Shown here: positions 31,759-42,069 of the stretch, piece after piece | How positions within the stretch are numbered: position 1 is the first letter of the stretch | How the letters are laid out: each line of letters starts with the position of its first letter | Origin: an uncultured Actinomycetota bacterium | GTDB taxonomy: Bacteria > Actinomycetota > Actinomycetes > Actinomycetales > CAWJMD01 | Assembly (NCBI GenBank): GCA_963843835.1 | Contig: CAWJMD010000008.1 | Coordinates: 78,752-142,751, forward strand | Length of the DNA stretch: 64,000 nt | Reading direction: 5' to 3' | Position numbers and translations under genes: made by a program | Notes under the pieces: model-generated | What the model was told of the DNA's origin: nothing | Database searches by the model: none | Seen by the model: the letters and a program-made list of their open reading frames with translations, nothing else

Positions 31759-32188
31759 GTGGAGGATCTCCCGGAGACCCGTCGACGCGTCCTCGTGGTC
31801 GACGACACGGCCCAGATCAGGATGCTGCTGAGGCTGAACCTCGAGCTCGACGGCTTCGAGGTGGTGGAGGCCGATGACGGAGCGGTGGCGCTCGGGCTGC
31901 TCCACGAGTGGTGGGAGCACGGCCTGCTCCCCGACGTCGTCACGCTGGACGCGGTGATGGAGCCCGTGGACGGCTGGACCACTGTGGCCGCGATCCGTCG
32001 TGACCCCCGCCTGAAGCACCTGCGCCTGCTGATGATCACGGCCTCCGTGCAGGCTCACCACCGCCAGCGGGCCGACCGCGTCGGCGTGGACGCCTTCGTG
32101 GCCAAGCCCTTCGACCCGCAGACGGTGGTGGACCTGGTCGAGGACCTCGTCGAGTCGCCCCCGCGCCGAGATGGAGCCTTCCGACTAG
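31759..32188 (+). CDS. Stand-alone response regulator receiver protein (apparent +1 error in the C run at 32158-32162)
   Basis: RVLVVDD, PDVVTLDAVM, FVAKPFD. Removing one C gives ...ESPRAEMEPSD* at TAG 32186-32188, overlapping the convergent GntR stop (CTAG). Confidence 0.8.
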
Positions 32189-32898
32189 TCGTTCGGGTGG
32201 CAGAGCAGCGAGTCGAAGAACCCCGCTGCGGTGCGGGCCGCCCGTTCGGGGTCGCCCGCCTCGATCGCCGCCACGAGGTCGGCGTGGTCGTCGTCGTGGT
32301 CGGGCAGCACCTGTGTCAGGTTGAAGCGCACGTTGTCCGCGATCGCGTCGAGCAGGTGCTCGTAGAGCTCGGCCAGCACGGGGTTGCGAGCCGCGCGGGC
32401 CACGGCACGGTGCAGGTCGAGGTCGGCCGCGGCGAGCACGTCCAGGTCGCCGGTGCGGGCCGCCTCACGTCGCCGGTCCTGGCACTCCCGCAGCCGCTGC
32501 AGGTCGCGGGGTCCCCTGCGGGCGGCAGCCAGGCGCGCGGCACCGATCTCCAGGCTCCGTCGCACCTCCAGCACGTGACGCTGGCTGGCTCCCGCGACCC
32601 GTCGACCGACCGCGACGGCGAGCTCGCTGTCGGCGAGCACGTACGTACCCGAGCCCTGCCGGCGTTCCAGGAGGCCCGCGTGGACCATCGCCTGGACCGC
32701 CTCGCGGACGGTGTTGCGACCGGCGCCGGTCTGCTCGACGAGCTCAGGCTCGGTGGGGATCCGCGAGCCCACGGGCCAACGGCCGGAGGTGATCTCGTCG
32801 CGGAGCACTTCGGTGACCTGCTCGATCCGCCCGCCACCGCGTCCGCTGCCCGCGGCTGTGGCCGGTGCTGCGTCGCCCGGAGCGCTTCTGGCTGTCAT
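32185..32898 (-). CDS. GntR/FadR-family transcriptional regulator
   Basis: RIPTEPELVEQTGAGRNTVREAV HTH, RRQGSGTYV, FCD domain DLDLHRAVARAARNP. Confidence 0.92.
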   Translation of the reverse strand: MTARSAPGDAAPATAAGSGRGGGRIEQVTEVLRDEITSGRWPVGSRIPTEPELVEQTGAGRNTVREAVQAMVHAGLLERRQGSGTYVLADSELAVAVGRRVAGASQRHVLEVRRSLEIGAARLAAARRGPRDLQRLRECQDRRREAARTGDLDVLAAADLDLHRAVARAARNPVLAELYEHLLDAIADNVRFNLTQVLPDHDDDHADLVAAIEAGDPERAARTAAGFFDSLLCHPND

Positions 32899-32914
32899 CC
32901 TCGTGAACACCGCC

Positions 32915-32943
32915 TTGACCGATTCATCCCATGATTCTACAGT
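32915..32943 (+). promoter_or_regulatory. Housekeeping-sigma promoter with embedded FadR-type operator
   Basis: TTGACC-N17-TACAGT; palindrome TCAT-CCC-ATGA at 32924-32934 in the spacer; GTG start 6 nt after the -10 box. Confidence 0.7.
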
Positions 32944-32949
32944 GGGCCG

Positions 32950-34213
32950 GTGCCCACCGCTCTCCGAACGCCCGTCGAGGGCGTAGCGGTCGGCGCATCG
33001 TCGCAGACGCAGGCCCACCGCGCGGGCGAGGTGGCTCTTCCTGGCTGGGATCCTGCTGCTCGCCCTCAACCTCCGCACGGCCGTCACCGCAGTTCCTCCC
33101 GTGCTGGACACCGTCCAGGCCGACCTCGGCATGTCGGCGCTCACCGCCGGGCTGGTGGGGATGGCGCCGACGGCTGCCTTCGCCGTGTTCGCCGCCGTGA
33201 CGCCGCTGCTGGTGCGTCTCCTGGGGCTCGAGCGCACGGCCTGGATCGCGATGGCGGTCGCGGCCGTGGGCCACCTCCTTCGGGCCGCCGCCCCCGACTC
33301 GCTGTCGTTCCTCGTCGCGTCCGTCGTGGCGCTCGCCGGCATGGGCATCGGCAACGTGGTCGCACCGCCCCTGGTGAAGCGCTACTTCGGGGGCCGTGTG
33401 GGTTCGGTGACGGCCGCCTACGTCCTCCTGCTCTCCCTCGGGACGGCCCTGCCCGCCCAGCTCGCGGTGCCGCTCGAGTCGCTCGGCGGCTGGCGTCTGG
33501 CGGTCGGCGCCTGGTCCGTGCTGGCCGTTGCGGCGGCCGTCCCGTGGCTCGTGGTGTGGCTCCGCGGCCGGCGGGCGGCACGGCTGGCCGCTCCCGGTGC
33601 CCTGGGGGCCCGCGGCCTGACGTGGGCGGCCCTCGTCCGCTCACCGGTGGCATGGGGCCTGACGATGATGATGGGGACCACGTCGCTGTCGACCTACGCG
33701 CTGCTGACCTGGCTCCCGACGATGCTCGCCGAGGCGGGCGTGAGCCGCGCGTCCGCGGGCACCATGCTCGCCCTCTACGCCGGGCTGGGTATGCCGATGT
33801 CGCTGCTGGTCCCGCCGCTGGCGGCCCGGATGCACAACCCCTTCATCATCGTGGCGGTCGCCACGGCCGCGATGGCGACCGGCTACGCGGGGATGTTCTG
33901 GTCGCCGCACGCCTTCACGCCGGTCTGGGTGGTGCTGCTGGGCCTGGGAGCCGTCCCGTTCCCGCTGGCTCTCGCGCTGATCAACCTGCGCTCCAGCACG
34001 CACGCGGGGGCCACCGGGCTGTCGGGCTTCGCGCAGAGCATCGGCTACGGGCTCGCGTGCGCGGGCCCGGTGGTCGCCGGCCTGCTCCGCGACGCGACCG
34101 GCGACTGGCGGGCGACGGTCGTGTTCCTGGCCATGATGCTCGTGGTGATGGCGGTCGGCGGCTTCCTCGTCTGCCGGCCCGTCACGGTGGAGCAGTCCCT
34201 CGTCAGGCGCTGA
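32950..34213 (+). CDS. CynX/NimT-family MFS transporter (apparent +1 frameshift at 33024-33026)
   Basis: [41 protein letters not shown]. The only upstream start (GTG 32950) is one frame off. Confidence 0.85.
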
Positions 34214-34238
34214 GCAGCGCGGCACTACCCTTGCCCGG

Positions 34239-35891
34239 GTGACTCCCGCCGAGCTGTCCGCCACCATCCGTGCCTGCCTCGACGAGGCCGTCCGGGCCGG
34301 CGACGTCGCGCTCGAGGTGCCGGAGCACATCACGGTCGAGCGTCCCCGCAACCGCGACCACGGCGACTGGGCGACCAACGTGGCGATGCAGCTGTCGAAG
34401 CCCGCGGGCATGCCGCCGCGGAAGCTGGCCGAGCTGATCGCCCAGCGACTCGGCGCCGTTCCCGGCGTCCGGAGCGTGGAGGTGGCCGGTCCGGGCTTCC
34501 TCAACATCAGCCTCGACGCGGCCGCGGCGGGCGAGCTGGCCAGGACGATCGTCGAGGCCGGGGAGCAGTACGGGCGCAGCGACTCCGGCGCGGGTCAGAA
34601 GGTGAACCTCGAGTTCGTCTCCGCGAACCCGACCGGTCCCATCCACCTCGGCGGAGTGCGCTGGGCGGCGGTGGGGGACTCCCTGGGGCGCGTGCTCGAG
34701 GCCACGGGTGCCGATGTCACGCGTGAGTACTACTTCAACGACCACGGTGCCCAGATCGACCGCTTCGCGCGCTCGCTGTTGGCCCGGGCGATGGGCGAGC
34801 CGGTGCCTGATGACGGCTACGGCGGCACCTACGTCGACGACATCGCCTCCCGCGTGCTGGCCGCGCGCCCGGACGCGCTGGACGACGAGGACCCGCAGGA
34901 GGTCTTCCGAGAGCTCGGCGTCGACCTCATGTTCGGCGAGATCAAGCAGGCGCTGCACGACTTCGGCGTGGACTTCGCCGTGTACTTCCACGAGAACGAG
35001 GTGCACGGCTCCGGCGCCGTGACGCGCGCCATCGAGCGGCTGCGCGAGCAAGGGCACATGTTCGAGGCCGACGGCGCGCTGTGGCTGCGCACCACCGACT
35101 TCGGGGACGACCGCGACCGCGTCGTCATCCGAAGCGACGGGACGCCGACCTACTTCGCGGGTGACCTCGCGTACTACCTGCACAAGCGGGAGCGCGGCTT
35201 CGACCGCTCGATCATCATGCTCGGCGCCGACCACCACGGGTACGTCGGCCGGATGATGGCGATGTGCGCCGCGTTCGGCGACACCCCCGGGGTCAACCTC
35301 GAGATCCTCATCGGCCAGATGGTCAACCTCGTGTCGGGAGGGGAGCCGCTGCGGATGAGCAAGCGCGCGGGCACGATCATCACGATGGAGGACCTGGTGG
35401 ACGCCGTGGGTGTCGACGCCGGGCGCTACGCCCTGGTGCGGTCCTCGTCCGACTCGAACATCGACGTGGACCTCGACCTGTTGCGCAAGCAGACCAACGA
35501 GAACCCCGTCTTCTACGTCCAGTACGCGCACGCGCGCACTGCGGGCATCGGGCGCAACGCGCGCGACGCCGGTGTGCGCACGGAGGACGGCTTCGACCCG
35601 TCGCAGCTCGACCACCCCACCGAGTCGGCGCTGCTCGGTGCGCTGGGGGAGTACCCGCGCGTGGTGGCCCAGGCCGCCGAGCTGCGGGAGCCGCACCGCG
35701 TCGCCCGCTATCTCGAGACGGTCGCCTCGCTGTTCCACAAGTGGTACGACGCGAAGCGTCGCGTGGTACCCCAGGGCGACGAGGAGGTCACCGACGCCCA
35801 CCGGACGCGCCTGTGGCTGACGGACGCCACCCGGCAGGTGCTCGGCAACGGGCTGACGATGATGGGCGTCGGCGCGCCCGACCGGATGTAG
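34239..35891 (+). CDS. argS: Arginine--tRNA ligase
   Basis: [24 protein letters not shown] (HIGH), GADHHGY, MSKRAG (KMSKS-like), [12 protein letters not shown]. Confidence 0.98.
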   Translation: MTPAELSATIRACLDEAVRAGDVALEVPEHITVERPRNRDHGDWATNVAMQLSKPAGMPPRKLAELIAQRLGAVPGVRSVEVAGPGFLNISLDAAAAGELARTIVEAGEQYGRSDSGAGQKVNLEFVSANPTGPIHLGGVRWAAVGDSLGRVLEATGADVTREYYFNDHGAQIDRFARSLLARAMGEPVPDDGYGGTYVDDIASRVLAARPDALDDEDPQEVFRELGVDLMFGEIKQALHDFGVDFAVYFHENEVHGSGAVTRAIERLREQGHMFEADGALWLRTTDFGDDRDRVVIRSDGTPTYFAGDLAYYLHKRERGFDRSIIMLGADHHGYVGRMMAMCAAFGDTPGVNLEILIGQMVNLVSGGEPLRMSKRAGTIITMEDLVDAVGVDAGRYALVRSSSDSNIDVDLDLLRKQTNENPVFYVQYAHARTAGIGRNARDAGVRTEDGFDPSQLDHPTESALLGALGEYPRVVAQAAELREPHRVARYLETVASLFHKWYDAKRRVVPQGDEEVTDAHRTRLWLTDATRQVLGNGLTMMGVGAPDRM

Positions 35892-35893
35892 CT

Positions 35894-37312
35894 GTGAGAG
35901 CCCACGAAGCAGGCGCGCTGCACGCGGAGGGCTACGGCGCACCGTCGTGGCTGTCGGTGCCGACCGACCCCAACGAGCTGGTGACGTCGCTGTGGTCGGC
36001 CAACGTGACACGCGGCCCCGAGGGCGCCCTCGTCGTCGCGGGCATGGACGTTCGCGAGCTGGCGGCCGAGCACGGGACCCCCGTGTACGTGCTCGACGAG
36101 GACGACTTCCGTGCTCGGGCAAGGGCTTTCGCTTTGGCTTTCGACACCGCCTTCGCCGATCACTGCGGTGGCGCGGACGTGTACTACGCCGGGAAGGCGT
36201 TCTTGTGCACGGAGGTCGCACGCTGGGTGGCGGCCGAGGGGTTGTCGCTCGACACGTGCACGGGCACCGAGCTCGCCGTGGCCCTGCGTGCCGGTGTTCC
36301 CGCGGAGCGGATCGGGCTGCACGGCAACAACAAGTCCGACGCGGAGCACGCGCGTGCCCTCGAGCACGGCATCGGACGCATCGTCGTGGACTCGCTCGCG
36401 GAGATCGACCGGCTGGCCGACGCCGCCGGCGCACGCGGCGTCAGGGCTCCCGTCCTGCTCAGGGTCACGGTGGGGGTGGAGGCGCACACCCACTCGTACA
36501 TCGCCACTGCGCACGAGGACCAGAAGTTCGGTCTCTCGCTCACCGGCGGGCAGGCCGCGGCGGCCGTCGCGGCGGTGCTGGCCCGTCCGGAGCTGGAGCT
36601 GCGAGGTCTGCACTCGCACATCGGGTCCCAGATCTTCGACGTGTCGGGCTTCGAGGTCGCGGCACGACGGGTGCTGGGGCTGCACGCCGCGGTGCGGTCC
36701 GAGCACGGGGTGGTCCTGCCGGAGCTCGACCTCGGTGGGGGCTTCGGCGTGGCGTACACGACCCAGCACGACCCGATGCCGGTGGACGAGCTGGCCGAGG
36801 GCATGGCCGACATCGTCGCCAAGGAGTGCGCGTCCCTGGGGGTCGACGTCCCCCGGATCTCCGTCGAGCCCGGGCGGGCGATCGCCGGCCCGTCGACGTT
36901 CACGCTGTACGACGTCGGCACGGTCAAGGACGTCGAGCTCGACGGGGGAGGGGTGCGGCGCTACGTCGCGGTCGACGGGGGGATGAGCGACAACATCCGC
37001 ACGGCGCTGTACGACGCCGACTACTCGTGCAGCCTCGCCTCGCGCCGCTCCGACGCCGGTCCCGTGCTGACCCGTGTCGTCGGGAAGCACTGCGAGAGCG
37101 GGGACGTCGTGGTCAAGGACGAGTTCGTCGCGGCCGACGTGGCCGCCGGCGACCTCCTGGCCGTCCCCGGCACCGGCGCCTACTGCCGCAGCATGGCGTC
37201 CAACTACAACCACGTCCCACGTCCGCCCGTGGTGGCGGTGCGTGCAGGGCGGTCCCGCGTCGTCGTCCGGCGTGAGACCGAGGACGACCTGCTCGCCCTC
37301 GACGTCGTCTGA
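35894..37312 (+). CDS. lysA: Diaminopimelate decarboxylase
   Basis: YYAGKAF (PLP Lys), HEDQKFG, HSHIGSQIF, LDLGGG, EPGR, HCESGD. Confidence 0.97.
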   Translation: MRAHEAGALHAEGYGAPSWLSVPTDPNELVTSLWSANVTRGPEGALVVAGMDVRELAAEHGTPVYVLDEDDFRARARAFALAFDTAFADHCGGADVYYAGKAFLCTEVARWVAAEGLSLDTCTGTELAVALRAGVPAERIGLHGNNKSDAEHARALEHGIGRIVVDSLAEIDRLADAAGARGVRAPVLLRVTVGVEAHTHSYIATAHEDQKFGLSLTGGQAAAAVAAVLARPELELRGLHSHIGSQIFDVSGFEVAARRVLGLHAAVRSEHGVVLPELDLGGGFGVAYTTQHDPMPVDELAEGMADIVAKECASLGVDVPRISVEPGRAIAGPSTFTLYDVGTVKDVELDGGGVRRYVAVDGGMSDNIRTALYDADYSCSLASRRSDAGPVLTRVVGKHCESGDVVVKDEFVAADVAAGDLLAVPGTGAYCRSMASNYNHVPRPPVVAVRAGRSRVVVRRETEDDLLALDVV

Positions 37313-37397
37313 CTCCGGAGGGCGCTCCGCCACGCCGAAAGGGGTCGAACGGCGACCCGTGCTCGCGCGGTGGGGCGCGACTGGCACGCTGTCCCGC

Positions 37398-38458
37398 ATG
37401 AGCATCCCGGCAGGCTGGTACCCCGATCCGCACCCTGACGCGCCGCGGGGCGCCATCAGGTGGTGGGACGGCGTGCAGTGGACCGACCACATCGACGCGG
37501 GGACGGGCCAGGCCTCCCCGGCTCCCGCCCAGCCGCAGCAGGAGCAGCCGCAGGGCCAGCCGAGGAGGACCAGCCGACGGACCAGCCGACGGTGGAGCTC
37601 GAGAAGGCCGTCCCCGACGGTCCGGCGACCCAGCCGTTCGCGCCGCAGAGCGAGCCCTCACCGCCCCTGTCCGGGTCTGCGGGCTACCCGGCGCAGCAGC
37701 CGGGCTACCCGCAGTTCTACCCGGCGCAGCAGCAGGGCTACCCGGCGCAGCAGCAGGGCTACCCGGCGCAGCAGCAGGGCTACCCGGCGCAGCAGCAGGG
37801 CTACCCGCCCCAGCAGCCGGCCGTGCCCCAGATGACCCACTGCCCGGACGGGACCCCGCTGGCCACCCCGTGGATCCGGCTCGGCGCCTACCTTCTCGAC
37901 GGGCTGTTCGGCTTCCTGGTCACCCTCGTGGTGCTGCTCGTGTTCGGGCTGGTCTTCGGCCTGGTGGCGTTCGCGGTGTCGAACGGCGTGAGCGGAGGGT
38001 CGGACTCGTTCGGTGCAGCCGGAGGGGTGATCGTGCTGCTCTACATGCTCGGTCTCGGCCTGTCGCTCGCCTACTGGGTCTGGGCCTTCGTGCTGCGGGT
38101 CCGCACGCACGGCGCGTCCCCGGGCAAGCAGGTCCTGGGGCTGAGGATCCGCACGTTCCACGCCGACGGCCAGCTCACCAACGGCCAGGTGTGGGGTCGT
38201 GTGGGGCTGCCCGCCCTGGCGTCCACCGTCTCCATGGGCGTCTCGCCGATCGTCGACTACGTGTGGCTGCTCTGGGACCGCCACGTGCAGTGCCTGCACG
38301 ACAAGGCGGTCGGCACGGTCGTGGTGAACACCCGCCTGCCTGTCGCTCCCCCCGAGCACCCGGGCGTGCAGCTGGCCAGGTCGTTCCCCGCGGCACGCGG
38401 GTGGGTGGCGGACGGTCCCGTCCCGCCCGGGACGACCACGAGCTCGTACCGAGGCTGA
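37398..38458 (+). CDS. DUF2510 - Gln/Pro linker - RDD membrane protein (apparent 1-nt deletion near 37560)
   Basis: PAGWYPDP...RWWDGVQWT (DUF2510) in one frame; RLGAYLLD, SPGKQVLGLR and CLHDKAVGTVVV (RDD) in another. Confidence 0.8.
37682..37818 (+). repeat. 21-bp coding tandem repeat (GYPAQQQ)n
   Basis: GGCTACCCGGCGCAGCAGCAG units: about 6 copies, three of them perfect and contiguous. Confidence 0.9.
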
Positions 38459-38470
38459 GGCGCCCGCCGC

Positions 38471-39691
38471 TCAGCGCGCGGGCAGAACGCGTCCGCGTAC
38501 CTCGCCCAGCCCGACGCGGGACCCGTCGGCCCCGGCTGCGGTAGCGGTCAGCACGACCTCGTCACCATCCTCGAGGAACGTGCGGCTGGTGCCGTCGTCG
38601 AGCTGAACGGGCTCGGTGCCGTTCCACGACAGCTCCAGGAACGAGCCGCGCTGCGCGGGTTCGGGACCGCTCACCGTGCCGGACGCGAAGAGGTCACCCG
38701 TCCGCAGGCTCGCCCCGTTCACGGTGAGGTGGGCCAGCTGCTGCGCCGCCGTCCAGTACATCTGGGCGAACGGTGGCCGGCTCACCGTCGTGCCGTTCCA
38801 GCTCACCTCGAGGTCGAGGTCGAGGCCCCACGGGTCGTCGGGCTCGTCGGCCAGGTAGTCCAGGAGTCCGTGACTCCGCTCGGGCGGCGACACGCGGGCG
38901 TGGTCGAGGGCTGCGACCGGCAGCACCCAGTGCGACACGGACGTCGCGAAGGACTTTCCCAGGAACGGACCGAGGGGCACGTACTCCCAGCTCTGCAGGT
39001 CGCGTGCGCTCCAGTCGTTGACGAGGCAGACACCGAACAGGTGCTGGCCGGCGTCGGCGACGCCCACCCGGTCGCCGAGCGTGGTCGGCACGCCGACGAC
39101 GAACCCGACCTCGGCCTCGATGTCGAGCTGTCGGCTGGGGCCGTAGTCGGGGGCGTCGGCTCCCCGCGGCTTGCGCTGCCCGCAGGGCCGCACGATGTCG
39201 GTGCCCGACGGCACGACGGTCCCCGCGCGCCCGTGGTAGCCGACCGGCAGGTGCTTCCAGTTGGGCAGCAACGGCTCCGAGTCGGGACGGAAGAGGCGGC
39301 CGACGTTGGTGGCGTGGTGCTCGCTCGAGTAGAAGTCCACGTAGTCGCCGACCCGGAAAGGCATGTGGAGCGTCACCGCGTCGAGAGGGAGGAGGTGCGG
39401 CGCTGCCTGCTCCCGGCGTCCCTCGGCGGTGACCACGTCGACGACCCAGGCCCGGACCTCGGCCCACACCGCCGGCCCGGCCGCCATGAAGGCGTTGAGA
39501 GTGGGCTCGGCGAGGGCGGCACCAACGGCCAGCATGTCCTCGGCGGCCAGTGGGGCGAGGTCGAGCAGGTGGTCGCCGATGCGGGCCCCTACGCGCGCCG
39601 GCTCGTCACCCACCGAGAAGACGCCGTACGGCAGGGCGTCCGGGCCGAACGGCGAGCCTGCAGGGACGGGTACCCAGGTCGACAGGGTCAC
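38471..39691 (-). CDS. fahA: Fumarylacetoacetase
   Basis: VGDYVDFYSSEHHATNVG, HLPVGYHGRAGT, LDIEAEVG, NDWSARDLQSWEYVPLGPFLGKSF. Confidence 0.96.
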   Translation of the reverse strand: MTLSTWVPVPAGSPFGPDALPYGVFSVGDEPARVGARIGDHLLDLAPLAAEDMLAVGAALAEPTLNAFMAAGPAVWAEVRAWVVDVVTAEGRREQAAPHLLPLDAVTLHMPFRVGDYVDFYSSEHHATNVGRLFRPDSEPLLPNWKHLPVGYHGRAGTVVPSGTDIVRPCGQRKPRGADAPDYGPSRQLDIEAEVGFVVGVPTTLGDRVGVADAGQHLFGVCLVNDWSARDLQSWEYVPLGPFLGKSFATSVSHWVLPVAALDHARVSPPERSHGLLDYLADEPDDPWGLDLDLEVSWNGTTVSRPPFAQMYWTAAQQLAHLTVNGASLRTGDLFASGTVSGPEPAQRGSFLELSWNGTEPVQLDDGTSRTFLEDGDEVVLTATAAGADGSRVGLGEVRGRVLPAR

Positions 39692-40602
39692 GGGACCTCC
39701 TCGGTGAGCGGTGCGGGGACGGTGGCCCGGGACGGGCCGGTGAGGCCGTCGGCGGGCAGGACGCCGAGGTCGGCGAGCTCGCGCAGCGGGTCTGCCACCC
39801 CACAGCATCCGAAGCTGGCCCAGTGCTGGCGGACGGTGCGCCGGCCCTGGTCCGGGATCGCCGTGACGGCGGGGACCAGGCCCGACGGGTCGGTGAGGGA
39901 CAGCAGGTCCTTCACGGCGGAGTCCTCGGCCCCACGCAGCAGGGCGTCGACGGCGGCGACCACGTTCAGCACGCCGTGGGTGATCCCGCCCGTGACGGGG
40001 TCCTCACCGCGGACGGCGTGGTGGAGGCCGGCCGTGAGCTTGAACGGCACCCCGGACGAGGTGCAGGCCCGCAGGAAGAGGGCCAGGTCCTCGATCGGGA
40101 CGACGGCAGCGGCGGTCGTCCCCCCGGTGCGCAGCTTGGCCCCGAACGGGCTGCGACCGACGCGGACGTGGGAGGACGCGGTGGCCAGGGCAGCGACCGC
40201 GTCCACGCCGGCCTCTCCCCAGGGCACCTCGAACCACAACGCAGGCACGTCCAGGCGCTGGGCCGCGGTGACGGTGGACGCCAGCTCGTCGGCACCGACG
40301 GGCGGGATCTCGGCGGCGACGACCTCGACGGGGGATGAGCTCTGCTGGAGCTCGTCGCGCGCGGCGGCGATGGCGTCGACGGGCCCGATGAGGCCGATCT
40401 CCAGGGGATCGGCCGAGGAACCGAGTGCGGCGACGATCGCCGACGCCTGCTTCGCCGGCACCAGCAACGGACCCACCATCGGACCGTACGGGGAGATGCG
40501 GTGCGCCCGGTGGTCGGGCAGGGCCCTCGACCACGGGGCGTTCCCGGGCGGGAAGACCGCGGCGTCGTCGACCAGCCGTCGCCACAGCGGGTCCCTTGAC
40601 AT
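39688..40602 (-). CDS. Conserved hypothetical protein of hmgA-fahA clusters
   Basis: LVDDAAVFPPGNAP, KLRTGG and PFKLTAGLHHAVR motifs, C-terminal SFGCCGVADP; GTGA overlap with the fahA start. Confidence 0.8.
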   Translation of the reverse strand: MSRDPLWRRLVDDAAVFPPGNAPWSRALPDHRAHRISPYGPMVGPLLVPAKQASAIVAALGSSADPLEIGLIGPVDAIAAARDELQQSSSPVEVVAAEIPPVGADELASTVTAAQRLDVPALWFEVPWGEAGVDAVAALATASSHVRVGRSPFGAKLRTGGTTAAAVVPIEDLALFLRACTSSGVPFKLTAGLHHAVRGEDPVTGGITHGVLNVVAAVDALLRGAEDSAVKDLLSLTDPSGLVPAVTAIPDQGRRTVRQHWASFGCCGVADPLRELADLGVLPADGLTGPSRATVPAPLTEEVP

Positions 40603-40696
40603 GCGCGGGAGCGTAGCGCAACGTAACAGCAGCGATACAGCGGTGACCGCTTATCGGACAAGCCCTTTCGTTCACCCTCACCGATCAGGAGCGACC

Positions 40697-41968
40697 ATGG
40701 CCCACTACCGCCGCGTCGGTCAGGTGCCGCCCAAGCGGCACACCCAGTTCCGCCAGCCGGACGGGTCGCTCTACAGCGAGGAGCTGATGGGGGAGGAGGG
40801 CTTCTCGTCGGACTCCTCGCTCCTCTACCACCGCGGCATCCCCTCGTCGATCGTCGACAGCCGCGTGTGGGACCTGCCCGACCTCTCGACGCAGGCGAAC
40901 CACCCCCTGACACCGCGCCACCTGCGGTTGCACGACCTCTTCACCACGGACGCACCGGGGCAGGGTGTCGACGTGGTGCTGGGACGGCGGCTGGTGCTGG
41001 GCAACGCCGACGTGCGCATCGGCTACGCCGTGGCCCGCGAGCCGAGTCCCCTGTACCGCAACGCGATCGGCGACGAGTGCGTGTACGTCGAGTCGGGTGC
41101 CGCGACCGTGGAGACGATGTTCGGGGTGCTGGAGGTTCGCCAGGGCGACTTCGTGGTCATCCCCCGGGCGACGGTGCACCGCTGGGTCCCGAGTCGTGTG
41201 GACGCCGAAGGGCCCCTGCGGGCCTACACGGTCGAGGCGAACAGCCACATCGCACCGCCCAAGCGCTACCTCTCGCGGTACGGCCAGCTGCTCGAGCACT
41301 CGCCCTACTGCGAGCGCGACCTGCACGCGCCCTCGGAACCGCTGCTCGTCGACGACGCGGGCGACGTGGAGGTCTACACGAAGCACCGTGGCCACGGCCC
41401 GTCAGGAGTGGTCGGGAGCGTCGTCGTGCACCCGGGGCACCCCTTCGACGTCGTCGGCTGGGACGGGTGCCTCTACCCGTACACCTTCAACGTCAGCGAC
41501 TTCGAGCCGATCACCGGCCGCGTGCACCAGCCGCCGCCGGTGCACCAGGTCTTCGAGGCGTGGAACTTCGTCATCTGCGCCTTCGTGCCGCGCAAGGTCG
41601 ACTACCACCCGCTGGCCGTACCCGTGCCCTACTACCACTCCAACGTGGACAGCGACGAGGTCATGTTCTACTGCGGCGGCGACTACGAGGCCCGCAAGGG
41701 CTCGGGGATCGGCCAGGGCTCGATCTCGCTCCACCCCGGCGGGCACAGCCACGGCCCACAGCCGGGCGCCACCGAGCGTGCCCTCGGCAAGGAGTACTTC
41801 GACGAGCTCGCCGTCATGGTGGACACCTTCAAGCCGCTGGAGATCGGCGAAGGGGGCGCTGCGGTGGACGACGGCAGCTACGCGTGGTCGTGGTCCGGGC
41901 GGGGTCCGGGCGGCGCCGCGCCCCCGCGGGGAGCGGACGGCTCGGCGGAGCCACCGTCCATCGGTTGA
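40697..41968 (+). CDS. hmgA: Homogentisate 1,2-dioxygenase
   Basis: KRHTQFR, EEGFSSDSSLLYH, GRVHQPPPVH, PYYHSNVDSDEV, SLHPGGHSHGP. Confidence 0.93.
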   Translation: MAHYRRVGQVPPKRHTQFRQPDGSLYSEELMGEEGFSSDSSLLYHRGIPSSIVDSRVWDLPDLSTQANHPLTPRHLRLHDLFTTDAPGQGVDVVLGRRLVLGNADVRIGYAVAREPSPLYRNAIGDECVYVESGAATVETMFGVLEVRQGDFVVIPRATVHRWVPSRVDAEGPLRAYTVEANSHIAPPKRYLSRYGQLLEHSPYCERDLHAPSEPLLVDDAGDVEVYTKHRGHGPSGVVGSVVVHPGHPFDVVGWDGCLYPYTFNVSDFEPITGRVHQPPPVHQVFEAWNFVICAFVPRKVDYHPLAVPVPYYHSNVDSDEVMFYCGGDYEARKGSGIGQGSISLHPGGHSHGPQPGATERALGKEYFDELAVMVDTFKPLEIGEGGAAVDDGSYAWSWSGRGPGGAAPPRGADGSAEPPSIG

Positions 41969-42069
41969 GAACCACCCCGCCCGTCACGGGTTCATGCCCG
42001 GTCAGGAGCACCCGTCGTCTAAGGTCTTTCGTCGGCGTGTGAACTCGAGGCGGCAGGGGGACCGGAGCA

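Noticed and set aside
31618-32934. 438-aa ORF spanning tRNA-Arg and antisense to gntR
   Set aside because: It starts inside the tRNA, and the tail is the GntR antisense shadow reached through a probable extra C.
37682-37818. Repeat array as a CRISPR
   Set aside because: Contiguous 21-bp in-frame coding units without spacers; no cas genes.
38729-40696. Long N-terminal extension making HmgA 1079 aa
   Set aside because: It is the antisense shadow of fahA and the hypothetical gene; the real start with an AGGAG RBS is at 40697.
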